Below the pieces are notes generated by a model. It was not told the origin of the DNA, ran no database searches, and saw nothing but the letters and a program-made list of their open reading frames with translations. From a virus (Duplodnaviria; Caudoviricetes), in the IMG/VR virus record IMGVR_UViG_3300048592_000600, positions 1-60,115 of that record: a stretch of 60,115 nt of DNA. One strand, written 5' to 3'. This document shows, one piece after another, positions 1 through 8,001 of the stretch; positions within the stretch are counted from its first letter, which is position 1, and each line of letters starts with the position of its first letter. A program made the translations under genes and the position numbers.

Positions 1-104
1 GTCACGATTCGTCGCCCCGCTCCGTTTGCCACTGCGTTGTCGTTGTGCCTGCAGCTTGTTGCTGCAAAACGGATCGGGGCCGCGAGTCGTGAACCCTGTC
101 GTTG
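1..104. repeat. Terminal direct repeat (assembly circularisation overlap), copy 1
   Basis: Identical to 59990-60093. Confidence 0.95.
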
Positions 105-160
105 CTCGCGCGGCCTCTAAGGTTCCTGCCCCACCTTATGCCGCGCGAGCGATTTTCTTT
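2..160 (+). other. Two long RNA stem-loops in the untranslated leader; the second is followed by a U-rich tract (terminator-like)
   Basis: tcacgattcg/cgagtcgtga, gccccg/cggggc and tccgttt/aaacgga nest (2-92); ttgctcgcgcggc/gccgcgcgagcga (102-152) then ttttctttt. Confidence 0.6.
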
Positions 161-197
161 TGCACGTTATCAGGGCAATTCATCTTTGAATCAGCAT

Positions 198-318
198 CAC
201 GGAGAAGTAGGAGCCGGAGTGACCGGCATGGGATGTTCGGCAGGAGGTTGAGCATGATGGATCGACACCTGGGGTTAGCGCGTGCTGCCCCAGCGATCCG
301 TCAATCTTTCAAAGGAGA
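198..318 (+). promoter_or_regulatory. GGA-rich leader, putative CsrA-binding array or CsrB-like RNA
   Basis: GGA at 201, 210, 216, 231, 243, 259 and 314, directly upstream of csrA. Confidence 0.6.
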
Positions 319-325
319 ATCTTTC

Positions 326-520
326 ATGTTGGTACTTTCGAGGAAGCCGAGCCAAAGCATTGTGATCAACGACGACATCACAATCACGATCGTGGAAATC
401 AGAGGCGATAAGTGCCGTGTCGGCATTGAAGCGCCCAAGGACGTATCCGTACACCGGCGCGAAGTGTGGCTCGCAATCAAAGCCGGAACACCAGTGAAAC
501 CCGCTGCCCCTGCCGCATAG
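326..520 (+). CDS. csrA: Carbon storage regulator CsrA/RsmA (RNA-binding translational regulator)
   Basis: MLVLSRK..SIVI.DDITITIVEIRGDK.RVGIEAPKDVSVHRREV signature; AAGGAG RBS. Confidence 0.95.
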   Translation: MLVLSRKPSQSIVINDDITITIVEIRGDKCRVGIEAPKDVSVHRREVWLAIKAGTPVKPAAPAA

Positions 521-597
521 CTCCCGCAAGGCCGCGGCATCGGCCTATTTATTTCGACCCTGGCCTGGGTCATGGATCTTTCGATGGAGTGTAACCC

Positions 598-1278
598 GTG
601 GGTAAATCCCAAACCGCTGAATCTGTACTGGATGTTCCTTGCGAATTTTCTGCCCTCTCGATGGGCGGTGACAACACGGCTCGCCTCGGCGTCCGCATCA
701 GCAAGGAACTGCTCAAGATCAAGCAAGCCGAAGAACTCTTGTGCGGCCGGCGCTTGACTGGCTCGATCTTCCGTTGCCCGCCTGGGCAGAGCGTCGATCA
801 ACAAGTGTTTGAATGGGGCCCCGATGTAACGCAGATTGACAGCACGTTCGATGTCAAACGCTACGCATCCTCGCCCAAGTGGATTTCGTTCGGCATCACG
901 TTTGCTGCCGGCGAGATTGACAAGGAAGATCTGACGCACTTCCCGAAGACATCGGGCCGCTTCGTCATTGGCGAAGTCAAGGAGCTCGAAAAGCCCGAGC
1001 GCAAGACAGGCAAGGACAAGCCGCTGCCGGGACAGATGGGCCTCGGCGATGGCGACGATGCTTGGAAGGGCTACAAGCTCGAAAACCTTTTCAAAGGCGC
1101 ATTCCTCAAGACGCTGATTACTGCCGACCTTGTGACCTGCGGCGACGTCCAAGCGTATCTAGCCGACGGCAAGAAGAAGATCACCGATCTGCCCGGTGTC
1201 GGCGACAAGGCTGCCGAGAACTACGAGAACGTGATGGAACGCTTCTGGTTAGAGCGTCCTTGGGAGCCAACGGTGTAA
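598..1278 (+). CDS. Hypothetical protein with C-terminal HhH / alpha-CTD-like domain
   Basis: GTG start after GGAG; C-terminal LITADLVTCGDV...ITDLPGVGDKAA. Confidence 0.6.
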   Translation: MGKSQTAESVLDVPCEFSALSMGGDNTARLGVRISKELLKIKQAEELLCGRRLTGSIFRCPPGQSVDQQVFEWGPDVTQIDSTFDVKRYASSPKWISFGITFAAGEIDKEDLTHFPKTSGRFVIGEVKELEKPERKTGKDKPLPGQMGLGDGDDAWKGYKLENLFKGAFLKTLITADLVTCGDVQAYLADGKKKITDLPGVGDKAAENYENVMERFWLERPWEPTV

Positions 1279-1280
1279 GC

Positions 1281-1733
1281 ATGGGTCGCCCAAAAACGGA
1301 TTTCGCAAGCTATCCAATTCCGCCGCTGCCCGATCTTGGTGTCGTTCGCATACGACATTGCGAGCAATACCCAGGTTACGCAGTGGATGAACTAGGTCGC
1401 ATTTGGTCATGCAAGATTCAGCGATGTAACGGTTTTGGTGAATGGCATTTGATTTCACTGACTAAAACCAATCGCGGTTACTTGCGTGCAACTATTCGGC
1501 ATGGCTCTTTTCGGAAAGTAAGGCTTGTACACCAATTAGTTGCGATGGCTTTTTATGGCCCTACGCCAGATGGCATGGAGATTATGCACTTAGATGGAAA
1601 CCCATCGAACGCGAATCTCTCCAACCTAAAGCATGGAACCCACTCGGAGAACATGAAGGATGCCATAAGACACGGTTCCTTAAAAGCCCCATTGAATCGC
1701 CACCTTTTGGCAAGGCTTAAGAACGCATCTTAA
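1281..1733 (+). CDS. NUMOD4-HNH homing endonuclease
   Basis: YPGYAVDELGRIWS; VHQLVAMAF..P...IMHLDGNPSNANLSNLKHGTHSEN. Confidence 0.9.
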   Translation: MGRPKTDFASYPIPPLPDLGVVRIRHCEQYPGYAVDELGRIWSCKIQRCNGFGEWHLISLTKTNRGYLRATIRHGSFRKVRLVHQLVAMAFYGPTPDGMEIMHLDGNPSNANLSNLKHGTHSENMKDAIRHGSLKAPLNRHLLARLKNAS

Positions 1734-1757
1734 ATAAATCACAGTGAAGGATCACCT

Positions 1758-2294
1758 ATGCAGAAGTCAGTTCCCTATTCGTTGCAGCGTGCCGACAATG
1801 CGGCCGTCGAGTTTGATTCAGTTCGCGCCAAGTGTGCTGATGCCAAACTGATCGTCGAGCATACCGGCACGGATTGCTACGTCTTTACCGCTCCCCGTGG
1901 GTGGCGCCTTTCGTGGTGGGCCAGTGCTGGCGTAACTGTCGGCACTGGCGCCGCCCCGAAGCTCAGCGAATACGATCGTTGCTCGCTGCTCAAGGTTGCT
2001 GAAACTCTGCGCCAGCGCGTGCTGATCGAGAATCTTGAAGATCGCCGGCGCAATCCGACAAGCGTTCAGGTTGCTTGCCCGAAGTGCCATCGCCAACAGG
2101 ACGCACGCTCCAATCACAGCAAGCACTCGCTGTACTACTGCGATTTCTGCCGCTTGCAATTTGATTCCAACACCCAAGAGAACGGTGATTTCAGTGACGA
2201 TCCGACAAAAAGAATTGCTAGAGAAGAGTCACGCACAGGGAAATCGCAGGATCGATTTGACCGGAATGCGAATCGGCCGCCTCGTCGTCCTTGA
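1758..2294 (+). CDS. Hypothetical protein with Zn-ribbon
   Basis: CPKC...CDFC; GAAGG RBS. Confidence 0.6.
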   Translation: MQKSVPYSLQRADNAAVEFDSVRAKCADAKLIVEHTGTDCYVFTAPRGWRLSWWASAGVTVGTGAAPKLSEYDRCSLLKVAETLRQRVLIENLEDRRRNPTSVQVACPKCHRQQDARSNHSKHSLYYCDFCRLQFDSNTQENGDFSDDPTKRIAREESRTGKSQDRFDRNANRPPRRP

Positions 2295-2889
2295 ATATGC
2301 AGGATTATTGAGGATGCCAAGCAAAGGGATGCGATGCTACTGGCTCTGTCAGTGCGATTGCGGAAAAACAACGACCGTAGATGGGTGCTGCCTCAGAAGG
2401 GCTTCGACTACCAGTTGCGGCTGCTACGGCAGATCTAAAATCACGAAGCACAACATGTCCAGAACCAAGTCGTACAACGCATGGAAAGCAATGAAAGAGC
2501 GATGCTACAACCAGAATCTCAAATGCTACCTCCACTACGGCGCGCGTGGGATAACTGTTTGCGATCGATGGCTTAACTCGTTTGAGAATTTCCATCGAGA
2601 CATGGGGTTGCCGCCATCGCCTGACATGACCGTGGAGCGGATTGATAACAACAATGGCTACAGCCCAGACAACTGCAGGTGGGCAACTCGCGCCGAGCAA
2701 AACGAAAACACAAGGATGGCAAAACTAATAACCCACGAAGGGCTAACGCTTTCGATTGGCAAGTGGTCAAAAAGACTTGGCATCAGCAGAAAAACATTGC
2801 GTAAAAGGCTATTCAAGGAAAACTTGCCACCATCAGAGGCTTTCAATCCGCTTCGCAATGCAAGCAAAGTCCGAAAGGCGATTCGATGA
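2215..2889 (+). CDS. HNH homing endonuclease (start uncertain)
   Basis: IDLTG.RIGRLVV; WLCQCDCG; SCGC; YGARGITVCDRW; ERIDNNNGYSPDNCRWAT. Confidence 0.9.
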   Translation: MLEKSHAQGNRRIDLTGMRIGRLVVLEYAGLLRMPSKGMRCYWLCQCDCGKTTTVDGCCLRRASTTSCGCYGRSKITKHNMSRTKSYNAWKAMKERCYNQNLKCYLHYGARGITVCDRWLNSFENFHRDMGLPPSPDMTVERIDNNNGYSPDNCRWATRAEQNENTRMAKLITHEGLTLSIGKWSKRLGISRKTLRKRLFKENLPPSEAFNPLRNASKVRKAIR

Positions 2890-3092
2890 TCTACGACTGC
2901 CCAGCGTGCCGCGGCGGTGAGTTTGGGCGCGGCTGCCGCGTGTGCTACGGCACTGGCGTTTACACCCCTGGCGACGAAGCATCGCCGTACTACCCGCGAC
3001 CAAGAACAGCACAGCCCACAACCAAGCCACAAGCCGATCAACAGAACTCAGCCGAACGGAACGACGAACCATGTCAGACGCCCAAGAACTAA
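2886..3092 (+). CDS. Small DnaJ-type Zn-finger protein
   Basis: CPACRG...CRVCYGTG; ATGA overlap with upstream gene. Confidence 0.5.
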   Translation: MIYDCPACRGGEFGRGCRVCYGTGVYTPGDEASPYYPRPRTAQPTTKPQADQQNSAERNDEPCQTPKN

Positions 3093-3940
3093 TCGTGAGC
3101 AATCAAGTCGCAAGCCCGCCGTCAACTCAATTGTCGGTGGATCTTTACAGCGCGATGATGACTGCGCCCGTTGCTTTCATTGAGTCGCAGCTTGCCGAGT
3201 ACAAGGATAAGCGCATCGCGTTTCGCCGCTGGCTGCTGGAAAACATGGAGTACGGGGTGCATTATGCGTTCCCGCCTGGGTGCAATAGCAACAGCAACGA
3301 CGACTGGAAAGCAAAGCCATCGCTTTACAAGGCCGGCGCTGAATTGGTCTGCGATCTGATGCGATGGCGTGCCAGCTATGCCGCGGACCCCGAGGCGTGG
3401 AAGCAACTTGGCGGATCGGCTGGCAAGATTGTCATCAAGTGCTCGCTATACAGCCGGGCTACTGGCGAACTCATTGCTGACGGCATAGGTTCTGGCGTCT
3501 CTGGCGAAAAGAAAATGGGCGATAACTCGACGCTAAAGATGGCACAGAAGCGGGCTCTTGTTTGCGCCGTGCTCAACGCCCAGGGCTTATCCGACTTGTT
3601 CTCGCAAGACCTTGAGGACTTGCAGCCGCGCGAAAACCCCGTGGCCGACGAAGCCGCGCCGACTGCTCCGACTCGAAACCAACGGCGCGAAGCTCCGCAG
3701 GAAGCACCGCCACCAGCAGCGATGTGTACCGAGGCCAAGAAGTTGTGGAACTTCTATCGCAGTAAGTTCTCCTTTGACTCGAAAGACAAGGACGCTGCCG
3801 CCAAGGCGAGCGAGGAATTCCGTGGCATCATCGCAACGGTCACTGGCCGCAAGTTTGATGCAAAGGTCGCGGAGAACTGGCGTGAGGGTGAATTTGATAA
3901 GGTCATGGCCGAACTCAAAATGATGGAAGGTGGTGCATGA
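3071..3940 (+). CDS. Putative ssDNA-annealing / recombination protein
   Basis: KPSLYKAGAE, NSTLKMAQKRALV.AV and SDLFSQDLED motifs recalled from phage recombination-module proteins; close to an exonuclease. Confidence 0.55.
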   Translation: MSDAQELIVSNQVASPPSTQLSVDLYSAMMTAPVAFIESQLAEYKDKRIAFRRWLLENMEYGVHYAFPPGCNSNSNDDWKAKPSLYKAGAELVCDLMRWRASYAADPEAWKQLGGSAGKIVIKCSLYSRATGELIADGIGSGVSGEKKMGDNSTLKMAQKRALVCAVLNAQGLSDLFSQDLEDLQPRENPVADEAAPTAPTRNQRREAPQEAPPPAAMCTEAKKLWNFYRSKFSFDSKDKDAAAKASEEFRGIIATVTGRKFDAKVAENWREGEFDKVMAELKMMEGGA

Positions 3941-4125
3941 TGGTCGTCGATCCGATCAAGACTGCCGAGCTTACTGCCGTCGAAGCTCTCAAAGAACTGC
4001 GCAACATGGCCGCATCGCGTGGCCTGCGCGCTGATGTCATTTGGATGAACAACTGCATTGAGGATGTCCACGCCACGGCGAAGAAGATTGAAGTTTCTAT
4101 TTCCAACCAAGAACAAGGCGAGTGA
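3937..4125 (+). CDS. Hypothetical protein
   Basis: ATGA-coupled ORF in operon. Confidence 0.6.
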   Translation: MMVVDPIKTAELTAVEALKELRNMAASRGLRADVIWMNNCIEDVHATAKKIEVSISNQEQGE

Positions 4126-4128
4126 ATT

Positions 4129-4626
4129 ATGAAAAACATTTCCTACAACACAATCGACAAGTCCTCGTGGCCCCGTGGCGAATGGGACAACGAACCGGAC
4201 AAGGCGCAATTCATCGACGAAGCAACGGGCTACCCATGCTTGATTGTTCGCGTCGAATGGTCTGGTCATCTTTGCGGCTATGTCGGCGTGAGCGATGGCC
4301 ACCCGACGTTTGCTCGCGACCTTAGCCGTTATGAAGAAGATCAACCAGACATTGAAGTGCATGGCGGAATCACGTTTGGCGACTTCTGCCAAGAGACAAA
4401 GAACGAATGCCGTGGCATCTGCCATAAGGTTGAAGAAGGCGAGAACGATCGCGTTTGGTGGCATGGGTTTGACTGCCATCACGCGGGCGATTGGGGGCCC
4501 AAGAGCAAACGGGAATTTGATTACGGCGGCTACAGCAGCTACCGCAATTACGATTACGTCAAGCGTGAATGCCAGCAACTTGCGCAGCAATTAAAGGCAT
4601 TGGAAACAAGTGGGGTGCCAGCATGA
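4129..4626 (+). CDS. Conserved phage hypothetical protein
   Basis: GHLCGYVGV, VHGGITF and WW.GFDC.H motifs. Confidence 0.75.
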   Translation: MKNISYNTIDKSSWPRGEWDNEPDKAQFIDEATGYPCLIVRVEWSGHLCGYVGVSDGHPTFARDLSRYEEDQPDIEVHGGITFGDFCQETKNECRGICHKVEEGENDRVWWHGFDCHHAGDWGPKSKREFDYGGYSSYRNYDYVKRECQQLAQQLKALETSGVPA

Positions 4627-4844
4627 GCCTCGAAGAACTGGACAAGCAAATCCTGGGCATCGAGCGCGAGAAGGAAAAGCTCGCCCAAGATCACCTGTAC
4701 CAGCGGATCGTTCTCTGCTTGGAAAGCATTGTCGATTGGGACAACGAAGTACGCAGCAAGTTTCCAGCGGCGCGAATGATTGATCGTTCGCGCACGATGG
4801 CGATGGAACTTATCAACGAACTTAAAGAGAAGGTGAAGCCATGA
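4623..4844 (+). CDS. Hypothetical protein
   Basis: ATGA-coupled ORF. Confidence 0.6.
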   Translation: MSLEELDKQILGIEREKEKLAQDHLYQRIVLCLESIVDWDNEVRSKFPAARMIDRSRTMAMELINELKEKVKP

Positions 4845-5071
4845 GCTACGACCCAAACGACCCGCCAGAACCTACAGCCTGGGAAGAATCGCTATTCGAG
4901 AAGGACTGCGAAATATCTGCGCTCAAAGAGCAGATCGTCGAGGCACATCGACTGCTAGTGCTATCGATTACCGACGCGACCCTTGATGGCTATCAACAAT
5001 GGCGCAATGATCGCCAAGCATGGGTTGACCAAAACGAGCACATTGTGAAAGAGGCGAACAAATGCCAGTAG
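4841..5071 (+). CDS. Hypothetical protein
   Basis: ATGA-coupled ORF. Confidence 0.6.
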   Translation: MSYDPNDPPEPTAWEESLFEKDCEISALKEQIVEAHRLLVLSITDATLDGYQQWRNDRQAWVDQNEHIVKEANKCQ

Positions 5072-6150
5072 ATAACCGCGACTTCACGCAAGGCCCAGAG
5101 AACGCCGCGTTCGATCCGTCGTATTCCGATGGCGAGCATGACGACCTGCCGTTCATGGACGAAGAACCGGCGATCCTCGACCGCTCCACGCTCGAACTGT
5201 GGGCCGAGTGTCCGTACCGCGCAGCGCACGCCGAACTCGACAAGGCCGATAACCTTGTGCTGGTCGCTGGCCAATTGGCTCACGACGCCATCAGCCACAC
5301 GATTGAGAACTACATCCAGGCTGGCGGCGACATGACGCCGGTGATGATCCGCGAGGACTTGGACCGCAAACTGCAAACGTCACGGCCGGATGTTCAGCCC
5401 GAAGTGCTGACCGCTGCGGGCCGGATGGTGTACTCATTCAGCTACATGCTGGCTGGCATTCATCCCGAGAACATCCTTGGCTTTGACGGCGGCGAGCGTT
5501 ACGGCAAGAGCGGGCAGTTGGCCAAGTTCTACGGCGCTTACAACGCCAAGGCCACGAGCGAACTGGACTTCCTCATGGCCGGCGATTCGCCCGAAGTCAT
5601 CGAGTGCATGGACTACAAGACCGGCTGGAAAACCTACGACTACACGGATGTGGCCAAGGCGTTCCAGTTTCAGATGCACGCGGTCCTGATCTTCGACAAA
5701 TACCCGCTCGTCAACGCCGTGAAGTATCGCGTATGGAACACGCGATCGAACGACCTGACTTATCCGGTGCTGTTCAAACGCCAGCAGTACGACGCCTTTG
5801 AAGGGCGATTGTCGGCGGCTGTGCAGAACTGGCATCGGTTCAAGGACGATCCGCCCGCGTGGCCCATCTATGAGAAGTGTTCATTCTGCCCGCTGGTGCT
5901 TTCGTGCCCCTCGGCGAATCAAGAACTGACCGAGTGCGAGAAAGATCCGCAAGCGTTCTTGAAGAACATGGCTGCGGCGCAGGCTCGGCTTGATCGGATG
6001 GAAGCGTTGGCCAAGACGTTCATCGACAAGACGGGCAAGGACCTGATCGGCGATGGCATTGGCTACGGGCGCTCGGCACCGAAGCAAGAGAAGAAATCAC
6101 CGGCGAAGTTTTACGAAACCAAGAAGTCCGCGGCACCGGCTGCGGAATGA
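5062..6150 (+). CDS. PD-(D/E)XK exonuclease, Cas4/AddB-like, probable Fe-S cluster
   Basis: N-terminal ECP, LDFL...MDYKTG, FQMHA, C-terminal CSFCPLVLSCP. Confidence 0.8.
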   Translation: MPVDNRDFTQGPENAAFDPSYSDGEHDDLPFMDEEPAILDRSTLELWAECPYRAAHAELDKADNLVLVAGQLAHDAISHTIENYIQAGGDMTPVMIREDLDRKLQTSRPDVQPEVLTAAGRMVYSFSYMLAGIHPENILGFDGGERYGKSGQLAKFYGAYNAKATSELDFLMAGDSPEVIECMDYKTGWKTYDYTDVAKAFQFQMHAVLIFDKYPLVNAVKYRVWNTRSNDLTYPVLFKRQQYDAFEGRLSAAVQNWHRFKDDPPAWPIYEKCSFCPLVLSCPSANQELTECEKDPQAFLKNMAAAQARLDRMEALAKTFIDKTGKDLIGDGIGYGRSAPKQEKKSPAKFYETKKSAAPAAE

Positions 6151-6181
6151 TGACGATCCTACTTACACATGGAGTTTTACG

Positions 6182-6592
6182 ATGCGACGAAAAGGTGAGG
6201 CCGAGATTGCTGCGTTAGTTTGCCTTGGCTTTGTGGTTTTGTTCTTGATCGGCGGCGGGTGCTGGGCGTACCCCCAATACAGCGTCTATCAACAACGGAT
6301 GGCTGGCGAAGCTGAGTTGAAACATGCCGAGTCCGAGCGGCAGGTACAGATCCAAGATGCTCATGGCAAATTGGAATCGTCCAAGATGCTCGCGCAAGCC
6401 GAAGTCGAGCGGGCCAAGGGTGTCGCCGAGGCCAACAAGATCATCGGCGAATCGCTCAAAGAGAACGACGCGTATCTGCGCTATCTGTGGATCAATCGCC
6501 TGGGCGAGAACGGGCAGGATGTGATCTACATTCCAACTGAGGCGGGGCTGCCGATCCTCGAAGCTGGGCGAGTGCCGCGAAAGGATCACTAG
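6182..6592 (+). CDS. Membrane protein, SPFH/prohibitin-like C-terminal region
   Basis: N-terminal TM helix; AEVERAKGVAEANKIIGESL, YLRYLWI, VIYIPTEAGLPILEA. Confidence 0.7.
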   Translation: MRRKGEAEIAALVCLGFVVLFLIGGGCWAYPQYSVYQQRMAGEAELKHAESERQVQIQDAHGKLESSKMLAQAEVERAKGVAEANKIIGESLKENDAYLRYLWINRLGENGQDVIYIPTEAGLPILEAGRVPRKDH

Positions 6593-6594
6593 CC

Positions 6595-6843
6595 ATGCCA
6601 TCGTTTGAAATCGAATTCGAGGTTTACTGCGGAACGTGCGGCGCCCACTTGTGCGGCAACACCCAAGCCCGCATGAGCCGCAATCGTCACTGTCCGCAGA
6701 TCACGGTCGATGTCTGCGATCGGTGCCTAGACAATGCCCGCGAGGAACTACGCCGGGAGTTGGAGCAGGAGCACGAAGCGGAGATTGCCCGGCTGAAAGA
6801 AGATCACGCCGATGAGATTCGGATGCTAGAGGAAACCACATAA
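6595..6843 (+). CDS. Hypothetical Zn-binding protein
   Basis: CGTC...CDRC plus coiled coil. Confidence 0.6.
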   Translation: MPSFEIEFEVYCGTCGAHLCGNTQARMSRNRHCPQITVDVCDRCLDNAREELRRELEQEHEAEIARLKEDHADEIRMLEETT

Positions 6844-6845
6844 CC

Positions 6846-7061
6846 ATGAACGACGAAATTCAACCCGGTGCCCGTGTTCGATTCATCCCGCCCGGCAGGT
6901 CGCGCGATAGCTGGTGCTATGGAACCGTGATGTCCACGCCCAGCTATGAACTTATCGTCGTGGCCACGCGGTCGGGTGCAACCTACGAACTGCGCCGTGA
7001 TCAACTGCAACCTGTTCTTGACCTATCACACGTTGGAGCAATCTACGCCCATGGATTCTAA
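6846..7061 (+). CDS. Hypothetical protein
   Basis: ORF tiles operon. Confidence 0.55.
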   Translation: MNDEIQPGARVRFIPPGRSRDSWCYGTVMSTPSYELIVVATRSGATYELRRDQLQPVLDLSHVGAIYAHGF

Positions 7062-7227
7062 GGAATTTATTCAACTTGTCGCCAACATGCGACACGCCCA
7101 GAAGTCTTACTTCCGCACGCACAGCAGTTCGGCACTCGAGGACAGCAAGCGGGCTGAGCGGGCCGTCGATGACGCCCTGCAAAGCATGAACGACAAACAA
7201 CCCAGGCTATTCGAGGATGAGTCATGA
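7051..7227 (+). CDS. Hypothetical protein
   Basis: GGAG RBS; tiles operon. Confidence 0.6.
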   Translation: MDSKEFIQLVANMRHAQKSYFRTHSSSALEDSKRAERAVDDALQSMNDKQPRLFEDES

Positions 7228-7445
7228 CGGCCGATCGAATCCCCAAACAAGAGCCCGCCGAGAAGCATGTCGTGGCTCTACTCAAGGACAACAAAGAAAA
7301 GTACCTGTTCATCTTTGATGACGCAGGCAAGGCCGAAACGCTCCGCACATTCGGGCGCTTCGCCAGCAACACCGAGCTTAGTTTTAGTTGGTACGACGCC
7401 GCATTTTTAAGCCGCAAGGTTAAAGAGATTTGCTCCCATGGCTAG
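7224..7445 (+). CDS. Homologue of a small conserved Planctomycete protein of unknown function
   Basis: ETLRTFGRFASNTELSFSWYDAA motif recalled from Planctomycete chromosomal proteins (not searched). Confidence 0.65.
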   Translation: MTADRIPKQEPAEKHVVALLKDNKEKYLFIFDDAGKAETLRTFGRFASNTELSFSWYDAAFLSRKVKEICSHG

Positions 7446-8001
7446 ATCACGCAACATCAAACCCGGCTTTTTCCAGAACGAAGATTTGGCGGAACTCCCT
7501 TTGGAGGCTCGACTTCTGTTCATTGGACTATGGATGCTCGCTGACCGCGATGGCGTGCTTGAGGACCGCCCAAAGCGGATCAAGGCAGCCATCTTCCCAT
7601 TCGAGAACTACGATGTCGAGAAATTACTTGAGCAGTTGTGTGCTGCTCGCGTAATTACTCGATATTCAAAAGATGGGTTTAACTGCCTGTGGGTAAACAA
7701 GTTCAAAAAGCATCAAAATCCCCACAAAAATGAACCCACAAATAACCTCCCTCGACACCCCGAAATTGAAGAATCGAGTAATTACGCGAGCACTCGCGTA
7801 ATGCACCATACTGCTCCGGCTGATTCCCTCTTAAGGATTCCTGATTCCCTCTCTCCTGATTCCAAGGCTCCGTCTGCCAAACCGAAAAGAACCCACGTTC
7901 CCAAAAACATCAAGCCCGCAGCTTCGGTCATCGAGCAGCGGCGCGAGCAAATCCTGGCGATGGTGGCGGCCGATGAAGCCGCGAAGGCGGTGGCGAAATG
8001 A
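7438..8001 (+). CDS. Phage replication initiator (N-terminal wHTH type)
   Basis: MARSRNIKPGFF.NEDLAEL..ARLLFIGLWMLADRDG.LEDRP; F.KHQNPH; directly upstream of dnaB. Confidence 0.85.
   Translation: MARSRNIKPGFFQNEDLAELPLEARLLFIGLWMLADRDGVLEDRPKRIKAAIFPFENYDVEKLLEQLCAARVITRYSKDGFNCLWVNKFKKHQNPHKNEPTNNLPRHPEIEESSNYASTRVMHHTAPADSLLRIPDSLSPDSKAPSAKPKRTHVPKNIKPAASVIEQRREQILAMVAADEAAKAVAK
7644..7863. repeat. Putative replication origin inside the initiator gene
   Basis: Perfect 20-bp inverted repeat 7644-7663/7773-7792 around an AT-rich spacer; CTGATTCC at 7820, 7841 and 7856. Confidence 0.6.

Noticed and set aside
26-325. N-terminal extension of CsrA in the ORF track
   Set aside because: The family start MLVLSRK with an RBS is at 326; the upstream sequence is structured leader
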